Shown one piece after another: positions 30,201 to 45,300 of a DNA stretch of 64,000 nucleotides (positions are counted from its first letter, which is position 1; each line of letters opens with the position of its first letter). The position numbers and the translations under genes were made by a program. The notes beneath the pieces were generated by a model. That model worked only from the letters and a program-made list of their open reading frames with translations. It had not been told where the DNA came from and ran no database searches. Source of the stretch: Eledone cirrhosa (taxonomy: Eukaryota); contig OZ024754.1 in NCBI GenBank assembly GCA_964016885.1, forward strand, positions 34,968,001 through 35,032,000, read 5' to 3'.

Positions 30201-33200
30201 AAAGAATGTTGATGAAGTGTCTACAGAAAGAAACTAAAGAATGTAGATGAAGTGTATATAGAAAGAAACTAAAGAATGTTGATGAAGTGTCTACAGAAAG
30301 AAACTAAAGAATGTTGATGAAGTGTATATAGAAAGAAACTAAAGAATGTTGATGAAGTGTCTACAGAAAGAAACTAAAGAATGTAGATGAAGTGTATATA
30401 GAAAGAAACTAAAGAATGTTGATGAAGTGTCTACAGAAAGAAACTAAAGAATGTAGATGAAGTGTATATAGAAAGAAACTAAAGAATGTTGATGAAGTGT
30501 CTACAGAAAGAAACTAAAGAATGTAGATGAAGTGTATATAGAAAGAAACTAAAGAATGTTGATGAAGTGTCTACAGAAAGAAACTAAAGAATGTTGATGA
30601 AGTGTCTACAGAAAGAAACTAAAGAATGTTGATGAAGTGTATACAGAATGAAACTAAAGAATGTAGATGAAGTGTATACAGAAAGAAACTAAAGAACGTA
30701 GATGAAGTGTATACAGAAAGAAACTAAAGAATGTTGATGAAGTCTATATAGAAAGAAACTAAAGAATGTAGATGAAGTGTATATGGAAAGAAACTAAAGA
30801 ATGTTGATGAAGTGTATACAGAAAGAAACTAAAGAATGTTGATGAAGTGTATATAGAAATAAACTAAAGAATGTAGATGAAGTGTATATAGAAAGAAACT
30901 AAAGAATGTAGATGAAGTGTATATAGAAAGAAACTAAAGAATGTAGATGAAGTGTATATAGAAAGAAACTAAAGAATGTAGATGTAGTGTATATAGAAAG
31001 AAACTAAAGAATGTTGATGAAGTGTATACAGAAAGAAACTAAAGAATGTAGATGAAGTGTATATAGAAAGAAACTAAAGAATGTTGATGAAGTGTATACA
31101 GAATGAAACTAAATAATGTAGATGAAGTGTCTATAGAATGAAACTAAAGAATGTTGATGAAGTGTATACAGAAAGAAACTAAAGAATGTAGATGAAGTGT
31201 ATATAGAAAGAAACTAAAGAATGTAGATGTAGTGTATACAGAAAGAAACTAAAGAATGTAGATGAAGTGTATACAGAAAGAAACTAAAGAATGTAGATGA
31301 AGTGTATATAGAAAGAAACTAAAGAATGTTGATGAAGTGTATATAGAAAGAAACTAAAGAATGTTGATGAAGTGTCTACAGAAAGAAACTAAAGAATGTA
31401 GATGAAGTGTATATAGAAAGAAACGAAAGAATGTAGATGAAGTGTATATAGAAAGAAACTAAAGAATGTTGATGAAGTGTCTACAGAAAGAAACTAAAGA
31501 ATGTTGATGAAGTGTATATAGAAAGAAACTAAAGAATGTTGATGAAGTGTCTACAGAAAGAAACTAAAGAATGTTGATGAAGTGTATATAGAAAGAAACT
31601 AAAGAATGTTGATGAAGTGTCTACAGAAAGAAACTAAAGAATGTAGATGAAGTGTATATAGAAAGAAACTAAAGAATGTTGATGAAGTGTCTACAGAAAG
31701 AAACTAAAGAATGTTGATGAAGTGTATATAGAAAGAAACTAAAGAATGTTGATGAAGTGTCTACAGAAAGAAACTAAAGAATGTAGATGAAGTGTATATA
31801 GAAAGAAACTAAAGAATGTTGATGAAGTGTCTACAGAAAGAAACTAAAGAATGTAGATGAAGTGTATATAGAAAGAAACTAAAGAATGTTGATGAAGTGT
31901 CTACAGAAAGAAACTAAAGAATGTTGATGAAGTGTATATAGAAAGAAACTAAAGAATGTTGATGAAGTGTCTACAGAAAGAAACTAAAGAATGTAGATGA
32001 AGTGTATATAGAAAGAAACTAAAGAATGTTGATGAAGTGTCTACAGAAAGAAACTAAAGAATGTAGATGAAGTGTATATAGAAAGAAACTAAAGAATGTT
32101 GATGAAGTGTCTACAGAAAGAAACTAAAGAATGTTGATGAAGTGTATATAGAAAGAAACTAAAGAATGTTGATGAAGTGTATACATAATGAAACTAAAGA
32201 ATGTAGATGAAGTTTATACAGAAAGAAACTAAAGAACGTAGATGAAGTGTATACAGAAAGAAACTAAAGAATGTTGATGAAGTCTATATAGAAAGAAACT
32301 AAAGAATGTAGATGAAGTGTATATAGAAAGAAACTAAAGAATGTTGATGAAGTGTATACAGAAAGAAACTAAAGAATGTTGATGAAGTGTATATAGAAAT
32401 AAACTAAAGAATGTAGATGAAGTGTATATAGAAAGAAACTAAAGAATGTAGATGAAGTGTATATAGAAAGAAACTAAAGAATGTAGATGAAGTGTATATA
32501 GAAAGAAACTAAAGAATGTAGATGAAGTGTATATAGAAAGAAACTAAAGAATGTAGATGAAGTGTATATAGAAAGAAACTAAAGAATGTTGATGAAGTGT
32601 ATATAGAAAGAAACTAAAGAATGTTGATGAAGTGTCTACAGAAAGAAACTAAAGAATGTTGATGAAGTGTATACAGAAAAAAACTAAAGAATGTAGATGA
32701 AGTGTATATAGAAAGAAACTAAAGAATGTAGATGAAGTGTATATAGAAAGAAACTAAAGTATGTTGATGAAGTGTCTACAGAAAGAAACTAAAGAATGTT
32801 GATGAAGTGTATACAGAAAGAAACTAAAGAATGTAGATGAAGTGTATATAGAAAGAAACTAAAGAATGTTGATGAAGTGTATACAGAAAGAAACTAAAGA
32901 ATGTTGATGAAGTGTCTACAGAAAGAAACTAAAGAATGTTGATGAAGTGTATACAGAAAGAAACTAAAGAATGTAGATGAAGTGTATATAGAAAGAAACT
33001 AAAGAATGTAGATGAAGTGTATACAGAAAGAAACTAAAGAATGTTGATGAAGTGTATACAGAAAGAAACTAAAGAATGTTGATGAAGTGTATATAGAAAG
33101 AAACTAAAGAATGTAGATGAAGTGTATACAGAAAGAAACTAAAGAATGTTGATGAAGTGTATACAGAAAGAAACTAAAGAATGTTGATGAAGTGTCTACA

Positions 33201-33500
33201 GAAAGAAACTAAAGAATGTAGATGAAGTGTATATAGAAAGAAACTAAAGAATGTAGATGAAGTGTATACAGAAAGAAACTAAAGAATGTTGATGAAGTGT
33301 ATACAGAAAGAAACTAAAGAATGTTGATGAAGTGTATACAGAAAGAAACTAAAGAATGTTGAGGAAGTGTATATAGAAAGAAACTAAAGAATGTAGATGA
33401 AGTGTATATAGAAAGAAACTAAAGAATGTAGATGAAGTGTATATAGAAAGAAACTAAAGAATGTTGATGAAGTGTATACAGAAAGAAACTAAAGAATGTA
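24300..33500. repeat. Duplication of a ~4.8-kb block (137-139 monomer offset); boundaries approximate
   Basis: Offset 4865 (139x35): GAACTGTCTAAA at 25002/29867, CTAAATAATG at 26249/31114, AAACGAAAG at 26560/31425. Offset 4795 (137x35): GAAGTTTATAC at 27419/32214, TTGAGGAAG at 28568/33363. Confidence 0.88.
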
Positions 33501-36399
33501 GATGAAGTGTATATAGAAAGAAACTAAAGAATGTTGATGAAGTGTATACAGAAAGAAACTAAAGAATGTAGATGAAGTGTATACAGAAAGAAACTAAAGA
33601 ATGTTGATGAAGTGTATATAGAAAGAAACTAAAGAATGTAGATGAAGTGTATACAGAAAGAAACTAAAGAATGTAGATGAAGTGTATACAGAAAGAAACT
33701 AAAGAATGTAGATGAAGTGTATACAGAAAGAAACTAAAGAATGTTGATGAAGTGTATATAGAAAGAAACTAAAGAATGTTGATGAAGTGTATACAGAAAG
33801 AAACTAAAGAATGTTGATGAAGTGTATATAGAAAGAAACTAAAGAATGTAGATGAAGTGTATACAGAAAGAAACTAAAGAATGTAGATGAAGTGTATACA
33901 GAAAGAAACTAAAGAACGTAGATGAAGTGTATACAGAAAGAAACTAAAGAATGTAGATGAAGTGTATATAGAAAGAAACTAAAGAATGTTGATGAAGTGT
34001 CTACAGAAAGAAACTAAAGAATGTTGATGAAGTGTATATAGAAAGAAACTAAAGAATGTTGATGAAGTGTCTACAGAAAGAAACTAAAGAATGTAGATGA
34101 AGTGTATATAGAAAGAAACTAAAGAATGTTGATGAAGTGTATATAGAAAGAAACTAAAGAATGTTGATGAAGTGTCTACAGAAATAAACTAAAGAATGTT
34201 GATGAGGTGTATATAGAAAGAAACTAAAGAATGTTGATGAAGTGTATACAGAAAGAAACTAAAGAATGTTGATGAAGTGTATATAGAAAGAAACTAAAGA
34301 ATGTTGATGAAGTGTCTACAGAAATAAACTAAAGAATGTTGATGAAGTGTCTACAGAAAGAAACTAAAGAATGTTGATGAAGTGTCTACAGAAAGAAACT
34401 AAAGAATGTTGATGAAGTGTCTACAGAAAGAAACTAAAGAATGTAGATGAAGTGTATATAGAAAGAAACTAAAGAATGTTGATGAAGTGTCTACAGAAAG
34501 AAACTAAAGTATGTTGATGAAGTGTATATAGAAAGAAACTAAAGAATGTTGATGAAGTGTCTACAGAAAGAAACTAAAGAATGTTGATGAAGTGTCTACA
34601 GAAAGAAACTAAAGAATGTTGATGAAGTGTCTACAGAAAGAAACTAAAGAATGTTGATGAAGTGTCTACAGAAAGAAACTAAAGAATGTAGATGAAGTGT
34701 ATATAGAAAGAAACTAAAGAATGTTGATGAAGTGTCTACAGAAAGAAACTAAAGAATGTTGATGAAGTGTATATAGAAAGAAACTAAAGAATGTTGATGA
34801 AGTGTCTACAGAAAGAAACTAAAGAATGTTGATGAAGTGTCTACAGAAAGAAACTAAAGAATGTTGATGAAGTGTATACAGAATGAAACTAAAGAATGTA
34901 GATGAAGTGTATACAGAAAGAAACTAAAGAACGTAGATGAAGTGTATACAGAAAGAAACTAAAGAATGTTGATGAAGTCTATATAGAAAGAAACTAAAAA
35001 ATGTAGATGAAGTGTATATAGAAAGAAACTAAAGAATGTTGATGAAGTGTATACAGAAAGAAACTAAAGAATGTTGATGAAGTGTATATAGAAATAAACT
35101 AAAGAATGTAGATGAAGTGTATATAGAAAGAAACTAAAGAATGTAGATGAAGTGTATATAGAAAGAAACTAAAGAATGTAGATGAAGTGTATATAGAAAG
35201 AAACTAAAGAATGTAGATGAAGTGTATATAGAAAGAAACTAAAGAATGTAGATGAAGTGTATATAGAAAGAAACTAAAGAATGTAGATGAAGTGTATATA
35301 GAAAGAAACTAAAGAATGTTGATGAAGTGTCTACAGAAAGAAACTAAAGAATGTCGATGAAGTGTATACAGAAAGAAACTAAAGAATGTAGATGAAGTGT
35401 ATATAGAAAGAAACTAAAGAATGTGGATGAAGTGTATATAGAAAGAAACTAAAGAATGTTGATGAAGTGTCTACAGAAAGAAACTAAAGAATGTAGATGA
35501 AGTGTATACAGAAAGAAACTAAAGAATGTTGATGAAGTGTATATAGAAAGAAACTAAAGAATGTAGATGAAGTGTATACAGAAAGAAACTAAAGAATGTT
35601 GATGAAGTGTATACAGAAAGAAACTAAAGAATGTTGATGAAGTGTCTACAGAAAGAAACTAAAGAATGTAGATGAAGTGTATATAGAAAGAAACTAAAGA
35701 ATGTAGATGAAGTGTATACAGAAAGAAACTAAAGAATGTTGATGAAGTGTATACAGAAAGAAACTAAAGAATGTTGATGAAGTGTATACAGAAAGAAACT
35801 AAAGAATGTTGATGAAGTGTATATAGAAAGAAACTAAAGAATGTAGATGAAGTGTATATAGAAAGAAACTAAAGAATGTAGATGAAGTGTATATAGAAAG
35901 AAACTAAAGAATGTTGATGAAGTGTATACAGAAAGAAACTAAAGAATGTAGATGTAGTGTATATAGAAAGAAACTAAAGAATGTTGATGAAGTGTATACA
36001 GAAAGAAACTAAAGAATGTAGATGAAGTGTATACAGAAAGAAACTAAAGAATGTTGATGAAGTGTATATAGAAAGAAACTAAAGAATGTAGATGAAGTGT
36101 ATACAGAAAGAAACTAAAGAATGTAGATGAAGTGTATACAGAAAGAAACTAAAGAATGTAGATGAAGTGTATACAGAAAGAAACTAAAGAATGTTGATGA
36201 AGTGTATATAGAAAGAAACTAAAGAATGTTGATGAAGTGTATACAGAAAGAAACTAAAGAATGTTGATGAAGTGTATATAGAAAGAAACTAAAGAATGTA
36301 GATGAAGTGTATACAGAAAGAAACTAAAGAATGTAGATGAAGTGTATACAGAAAGAAACTAAAGAATGTTGATGAAGTGTATATAGAAAGAAACTAAAG

Positions 36400-39300
36400 A
36401 ATGTAGATGAAGTGTATACAGAAAGAAACTAAAGAATGTTGATGAAGTGTATATAGAAAGAAACTAAAGAATGTTGATGAAGTGTCTACAGAAAGAAACT
36501 AAAGAATGTAGATGAAGTGTATATAGAAAGAAACTAAAGAATGTTGATGAAGTGTCTACAGAAAGAAACTAAAGAATGTTGATGAAGTGTATATAGAAAG
36601 AAACTAAAGAATGTTGATGAAGTGTCTACAGAAAGAAACTAAAGAATGTTGATGAAGTGTCTACAGAAAGAAACTAAAGAATGTTGATGAAGTGTATACA
36701 GAATGAAACTAAAGAATGTAGATGAAGTTTATACAGAAAGAAACTAAAGAACGTAGATGAAGTGTATACAGAAAGAAACTAAAGAATGTTGATGAAGTCT
36801 ATATAGAAAGAAACTAAAGAATGTAGATGAAGTGTATATAGAAAGAAACTAAAGAATGTTGATGAAGTGTATACAGAAAGAAACTAAAGAATGTTGATGA
36901 AGTGTATATAGAAATAAACTAAAGAATGTAGATGAAGTGTATATAGAAAGAAACTAAAGAATGTAGATGAAGTGTATATAGAAAGAAACTAAAGAATGTA
37001 GATGAAGTGTATATAGAAAGAAACTAAAGAATGTAGATGAAGTGTATATAGAAAGAAACTAAAGAATGTAGATGAAGTGTATATAGAAAGAAACTAAAGA
37101 ATGTTGATGAAGTGTATATACAAAGAAACTAAAGAATGTTGATGAAGTGTCTACAGAAAGAAACTAAAGAATGTTGATGAAGTGTATACAGAAAAAAACT
37201 AAAGAATGTAGATGAAGTGTATATAGAAAGAAACTAAAGAATGTAGATGAAGTGTATATAGAAAGAAACTAAAGTATGTTGATGAAGTGTCTACAGAAAG
37301 AAACTAAAGAATGTTGATGAAGTGTATACAGAAAGAAACTAAAGAATGTAGATGAAGTGTATATAGAAAGAAACTAAAGAATGTTGATGAAGTGTATACA
37401 GAAAGAAACTAAAGAATGTTGATGAAGTGTCTACAGAAAGAAACTAAAGAATGTTGATGAAGTGTATACAGAAAGAAACTAAAGAATGTAGATGAAGTGT
37501 ATATAGAAAGAAACTAAAGAATGTAGATGAAGTGTATACAGAAAGAAACTAAAGAATGTTGATGAAGTGTATACAGAAAGAAACTAAAGAATGTAGATGA
37601 AGTGTATACAGAAAGAAACTAAAGAATGTTGATGAAGTGTATATAGAAAGAAACTAAAGAATGTAGATGAAGTGTATACAGAAAGAAACTAAAGAATGTT
37701 GATGAAGTGTATACAGAAAGAAACTAAAGAATGTTGATGAAGTGTCTACAGAAAGAAACTAAAGAATGTAGATGAAGTGTATATAGAAAGAAACTAAAGA
37801 ATGTAGATGAAGTGTATACAGAAAGAAACTAAAGAATGTTGATGAAGTGTATACAGAAAGAAACTAAAGAATGTTGATGAAGTGTATACAGAAAGAAACT
37901 AAAGAATGTTGATGAAGTGTATATAGAAAGAAACTAAAGAATGTAGATGAAGTGTGTATAGAAAGAAACTAAAGAATGTAGATGAAGTGTATATAGAAAG
38001 AAACTAAAGAATGTTGATGAAGTGTATACAAAAAGAAACTAAAGAATGTAGATGAAGTGTATATAGAAAGAAACTAAAGAATGTTGATGAAGTGTATACA
38101 GAAAGAAACTAAAGAATGTAGATGAAGTGTATACAGAAAGAAACTAAAGAATGTTGATGAAGTGTATATAGAAAGAAACTAAAGAATGTAGATGAAGTGT
38201 ATACAGAAAGAAACTAAAGAATGTAGATGAAGTGTATACAGAAAGAAACTAAAGAATGTAGATGAAGTGTATACAGAAAGAAACTAAAGAATGTTGATGA
38301 AGTGTATATAGAAAGAAACTAAAGAATGTTGATGAAGTGTATACAGAAAGAAACTAAAGAATGTTGATGAAGTGTATATAGAAAGAAACTAAAGAATGTA
38401 GATGAAGTGTATACAGAAAGAAACTAAAGAATGTAGATGAAGTGTATACAGAAAGAAACTAAAGAATGTTGATGAAGTGTATATAGAAAGAAACTAAAGA
38501 ATGTAGATGAAGTGTATACAGAAAGAAACTAAAGAATGTTGATGAAGTGTATATAGAAAGAAACTAAAGAATGTTGATGAAGTGTCTACAGAAAGAAACT
38601 AAAGAATGTAGATGAAGTGTATATAGAAAGAAACTAAAGAATGTTGATGAAGTGTCTACAGAAAGAAACTAAAGAATGTTGATGAAGTGTATATAGAAAG
38701 AAACTAAAGAATGTTGATGAAGTGTCTACAGAAAGAAACTAAAGAATGTTGATGAAGTGTCTACAGAAAGAAACTAAAGAATGTTGATGAAGTGTATACA
38801 GAATGAAACTAAAGAATGTAGATGAAGTTTATACAGAAAGAAACTAAAGAACGTAGATGAAGTGTATACAGAAAGAAACTAAAGAATGTTGATGAAGTCT
38901 ATATAGAAAGAAACTAAAGAATGTAGATGAAATGTATATAGAAATAAACTAAAGAATGTAGATGAAGTGTATATAGAAAGAAACTAAAGAATGTAGATGA
39001 AGTGTATATAGAAAGAAACTAAAGAATGTAGATGAAGTGTATATAGAAAGAAACTAAAGAATGTAGATGAAGTGTATATAGAAAGAAACTAAAGAATGTA
39101 GATGAAGTGTATATAGAAAGAAACTAAAGAATGTAGATGAAGTGTATATAGAAAGAAACTAAAGAATGTTGATGAAGTGTATATAGAAAGAAACTAAAGA
39201 ATGTTGATGAAGTGTCTACAGAAAGAAACTAAAGAATGTTGATGAAGTGTATACAGAAAAAAACTAAAGAATGTAGATGAAGTGTATATAGAAAGAAACT

Positions 39301-42300
39301 AAAGAATGTAGATGAAGTGTATATAGAAAGAAACTAAAGTATGTTGATGAAGTGTCTACAGAAAGAAACTAAAGAATGTTGATGAAGTGTATACAGAAAG
39401 AAACTAAAGAATGTAGATGAAGTGTATATAGAAAGAAACTAAAGAATGTTGATGAAGTGTATACAGAAAGAAACTAAAGAATGTTGATGAAGTGTCTACA
39501 GAAAGAAACTAAAGAATGTTGATGAAGTGTATACAGAAAGAAACTAAAGAATGTAGATGAAGTGTATATAGAAAGAAACTAAAGAATGTAGATGAAGTGT
39601 ATACAGAAAGAAACTAAAGAATGTTGATGAAGTGTATACAGAAAGAAACTAAAGAATGTAGATGAAGTGTATACAGAAAGAAACTAAAGAATGTTGATGA
39701 AGTGTATATAGAAAGAAACTAAAGAATGTAGATGAAGTGTATACAGAAAGAAACTAAAGAATGTTGATGAAGTGTATACAGAAAGAAACTAAAGAATGTT
39801 GATGAAGTGTCTACAGAAAGAAACTAAAGAATGTAGATGAAGTGTATATAGAAAGAAACTAAAGAATGTAGATGAAGTGTATACAGAAAGAAACTAAAGA
39901 ATGTTGATGAAGTGTATACAGAAAGAAACTAAAGAATGTTGATGAAGTGTATACAGAAAGAAACTAAAGAATGTTGATGAAGTGTATATAGAAAGAAACT
40001 AAAGAATGTAGATGAAGTGTATATAGAAAGAAACTAAAGAATGTAGATGAAGTGTATATAGAAAGAAACTAAAGAATGTTGATGAAGTGTATACAGAAAG
40101 AAACTAAAGAATGTAGATGAAGTGTATATAGAAAGAAACTAAAGAATGTTGATGAAGTGTATACAGAAAGAAACTAAAGAATGTAGATGAAGTGTATACA
40201 GAAAGAAACTAAAGAATGTTGATGAAGTGTATATAGAAAGAAACTAAAGAATGTAGATGAAGTGTATACAGAAAGAAACTAAAGAATGTAGATGAAGTGT
40301 ATACAGAAAGAAACTAAAGAATGTAGATGAAGTGTATACAGAAAGAAACTAAAGAATGTTGATGAAGTGTATATAGAAAGAAACTAAAGAATGTTGATGA
40401 AGTGTCTACAGAAAGAAACTAAAGAATGTTGATGAAGTGTCTACAGAAAGAAACTAAAGAATGTTGATGAAGTGTATACAGAATGAAACTAAAGAATGTA
40501 GATGAAGTTTATACAGAAAGAAACTAAAGAACGTAGATGAAGTGTATACAGAAAGAAACTAAAGAATGTTGATGAAGTCTATATAGAAAGAAACTAAAGA
40601 ATGTAGATGAAATGTATATAGAAATAAACTAAAGAATGTAGATGAAGTGTATATAGAAAGAAACTAAAGAATGTAGATGAAGTGTATATAGAAAGAAACT
40701 AAAGAATGTAGATGAAGTGTATATAGAAAGAAACTAAAGAATGTAGATGAAGTGTATATAGAAAGAAACTAAAGAATGTAGATGAAGTGTATATAGAAAG
40801 AAACTAAAGAATGTTGATGAAGTGTATATAGAAAGAAACTAAAGAATGTTGATGAAGTGTCTACAGAAAGAAACTAAAGAATGTTGATGAAGTGTATACA
40901 GAAAAAAACTAAAGAATGTAGATGAAGTGTATATAGAAAGAAACTAAAGAATGTAGATGAAGTGTATATAGAAAGAAACTAAAGTATGTTGATGAAGTGT
41001 CTACAGAAAGAAACTAAAGAATGTTGATGAAGTGTATACAGAAAGAAACTAAAGAATGTAGATGAAGTGTATATAGAAAGAAACTAAAGAATGTTGATGA
41101 AGTGTATACAGAAAGAAACTAAAGAATGTTGATGAAGTGTCTACAGAAAGAAACTAAAGAATGTTGATGAAGTGTATACAGAAAGAAACTAAAGAATGTA
41201 GATGAAGTGTATATAGAAAGAAACTAAAGAATGTAGATGAAGTGTATACAGAAAGAAACTAAAGAATGTTGATGAAGTGTATACAGAAAGAAACTAAAGA
41301 ATGTAGATGAAGTGTATACAGAAAGAAACTAAAGAATGTTGATGAAGTGTATATAGAAAGAAACTAAAGAATGTAGATGAAGTGTATACAGAAAGAAACT
41401 AAAGAATGTTGATGAAGTGTATACAGAAAGAAACTAAAGAATGTTGATGAAGTGTCTACAGAAAGAAACTAAAGAATGTAGATGAAGTGTATATAGAAAG
41501 AAACTAAAGAATGTAGATGAAGTGTATACAGAAAGAAACTAAAGAATGTTGATGAAGTGTATACAGAAAGAAACTAAAGAATGTTGATGAAGTGTATACA
41601 GAAAGAAACTAAAGAATGTTGATGAAGTGTATATAGAAAGAAACTAAAGAATGTAGATGAAGTGTGTATAGAAAGAAACTAAAGAATGTAGATGAAGTGT
41701 ATATAGAAAGAAACTAAAGAATGTTGATGAAGTGTATACAAAAAGAAACTAAAGAATGTAGATGAAGTGTATATAGAAAGAAACTAAAGAATGTTGATGA
41801 AGTGTATACAGAAAGAAACTAAAGAATGTAGATGAAGTGTATACAGAAAGAAACTAAAGAATGTTGATGAAGTGTATATAGAAAGAAACTAAAGAATGTA
41901 GATGAAGTGTATACAGAAAGAAACTAAAGAATGTAGATGAAGTGTATACAGAAAGAAACTAAAGAATGTAGATGAAGTGTATACAGAAAGAAACTAAAGA
42001 ATGTTGATGAAGTGTATATAGAAAGAAACTAAAGAATGTTGATGAAGTGTATACAGAAAGAAACTAAAGAATGTTGATGAAGTGTATATAGAAAGAAACT
42101 AAAGAATGTAGATGAAGTGTATACAGAAAGAAACTAAAGAATGTAGATGAAGTGTATACAGAAAGAAACTAAAGAATGTTGATGAAGTGTATATAGAAAG
42201 AAACTAAAGAATGTAGATGAAGTGTATACAGAAAGAAACTAAAGAATGTTGATGAAGTGTATATAGAAAGAAACTAAAGAATGTTGATGAAGTGTCTACA

Positions 42301-45300
42301 GAAAGAAACTAAAGAATGTAGATGAAGTGTATATAGAAAGAAACTAAAGAATGTTGATGAAGTGTCTACAGAAAGAAACTAAAGAATGTTGATGAAGTGT
42401 ATATAGAAAGAAACTAAAGAATGTTGATGAAGTGTCTACAGAAAGAAACTAAAGAATGTTGATGAAGTGTCTACAGAAAGAAACTAAAGAATGTTGATGA
42501 AGTGTATACAGAATGAAACTAAAGAATGTAGATGAAGTTTATACAGAAAGAAACTAAAGAACGTAGATGAAGTGTATACAGAAAGAAACTAAAGAATGTT
42601 GATGAAGTCTATATAGAAAGAAACTAAAGAATGTAGATGAAATGTATATAGAAATAAACTAAAGAATGTAGATGAAGTGTATATAGAAAGAAACTAAAGA
42701 ATGTAGATGAAGTGTATATAGAAAGAAACTAAAGAATGTAGATGAAGTGTATATAGAAAGAAACTAAAGAATGTAGATGAAGTGTATATAGAAAGAAACT
42801 AAAGAATGTAGATGAAGTGTATATAGAAAGAAACTAAAGAATGTAGATGAAGTGTATATAGAAAGAAACTAAAGAATGTTGATGAAGTGTATATAGAAAG
42901 AAACTAAAGAATGTTGATGAAGTGTCTACAGAAAGAAACTAAAGAATGTTGATGAAGTGTATACAGAAAAAAACTAAAGAATGTAGATGAAGTGTATATA
43001 GAAAGAAACTAAAGAATGTAGATGAAGTGTATATAGAAAGAAACTAAAGTATGTTGATGAAGTGTCTACAGAAAGAAACTAAAGAATGTTGATGAAGTGT
43101 ATACAGAAAGAAACTAAAGAATGTAGATGAAGTGTATATAGAAAGAAACTAAAGAATGTTGATGAAGTGTATACAGAAAGAAACTAAAGAATGTTGATGA
43201 AGTGTCTACAGAAAGAAACTAAAGAATGTTGATGAAGTGTATACAGAAAGAAACTAAAGAATGTAGATGAAGTGTATATAGAAAGAAACTAAAGAATGTA
43301 GATGAAGTGTATACAGAAAGAAACTAAAGAATGTTGATGAAGTGTATACAGAAAGAAACTAAAGAATGTAGATGAAGTGTATACAGAAAGAAACTAAAGA
43401 ATGTTGATGAAGTGTATATAGAAAGAAACTAAAGAATGTAGATGAAGTGTATACAGAAAGAAACTAAAGAATGTTGATGAAGTGTATACAGAAAGAAACT
43501 AAAGAATGTTGATGAAGTGTCTACAGAAAGAAACTAAAGAATGTAGATGAAGTGTATATAGAAAGAAACTAAAGAATGTAGATGAAGTGTATACAGAAAG
43601 AAACTAAAGAATGTTGATGAAGTGTATACAGAAAGAAACTAAAGAATGTTGATGAAGTGTATACAGAAAGAAACTAAAGAATGTTGATGAAGTGTATATA
43701 GAAAGAAACTAAAGAATGTAGATGAAGTGTATATAGAAAGAAACTAAAGAATGTAGATGAAGTGTATATAGAAAGAAACTAAAGAATGTTGATGAAGTGT
43801 ATACAGAAAGAAACTAAAGAATGTAGATGAAGTGTATATAGAAAGAAACTAAAGAATGTTGATGAAGTGTATACAGAAAGAAACTAAAGAATGTAGATGA
43901 AGTGTATACAGAAAGAAACTAAAGAATGTTGATGAAGTGTATATAGAAAGAAACTAAAGAATGTAGATGAAGTGTATACAGAAAGAAACTAAAGAATGTA
44001 GATGAAGTGTATACAGAAAGAAACTAAAGAATGTAGATGAAGTGTATACAGAAAGAAACTAAAGAATGTTGATGAAGTGTATATAGAAAGAAACTAAAGA
44101 ATGTTGATGAAGTGTCTACAGAAAGAAACTAAAGAATGTTGATGAAGTGTCTACAGAAAGAAACTAAAGAATGTTGATGAAGTGTATACAGAATGAAACT
44201 AAAGAATGTAGATGAAGTTTATACAGAAAGAAACTAAAGAACGTAGATGAAGTGTATACAGAAAGAAACTAAAGAATGTTGATGAAGTCTATATAGAAAG
44301 AAACTAAAGAATGTAGATGAAATGTATATAGAAATAAACTAAAGAATGTAGATGAAGTGTATATAGAAAGAAACTAAAGAATGTAGATGAAGTGTATATA
44401 GAAAGAAACTAAAGAATGTAGATGAAGTGTATATAGAAAGAAACTAAAGAATGTAGATGAAGTGTATATAGAAAGAAACTAAAGAATGTAGATGAAGTGT
44501 ATATAGAAAGAAACTAAAGAATGTTGATGAAGTGTATATAGAAAGAAACTAAAGAATGTTGATGAAGTGTCTACAGAAAGAAACTAAAGAATGTTGATGA
44601 AGTGTATACAGAAAAAAACTAAAGAATGTAGATGAAGTGTATATAGAAAGAAACTAAAGAATGTAGATGAAGTGTATATAGAAAGAAACTAAAGTATGTT
44701 GATGAAGTGTCTACAGAAAGAAACTAAAGAATGTTGATGAAGTGTATACAGAAAGAAACTAAAGAATGTAGATGAAGTGTATATAGAAAGAAACTAAAGA
44801 ATGTTGATGAAGTGTATACAGAAAGAAACTAAAGAATGTTGATGAAGTGTCTACAGAAAGAAACTAAAGAATGTTGATGAAGTGTATACAGAAAGAAACT
44901 AAAGAATGTAGATGAAGTGTATATAGAAAGAAACTAAAGAATGTAGATGAAGTGTATACAGAAAGAAACTAAAGAATGTTGATGAAGTGTATACAGAAAG
45001 AAACTAAAGAATGTAGATGAAGTGTATACAGAAAGAAACTAAAGAATGTTGATGAAGTGTATATAGAAAGAAACTAAAGAATGTAGATGAAGTGTATACA
45101 GAAAGAAACTAAAGAATGTTGATGAAGTGTATACAGAAAGAAACTAAAGAATGTTGATGAAGTGTCTACAGAAAGAAACTAAAGAATGTAGATGAAGTGT
45201 ATATAGAAAGAAACTAAAGAATGTAGATGAAGTGTATACAGAAAGAAACTAAAGAATGTTGATGAAGTGTATACAGAAAGAAACTAAAGAATGTTGATGA

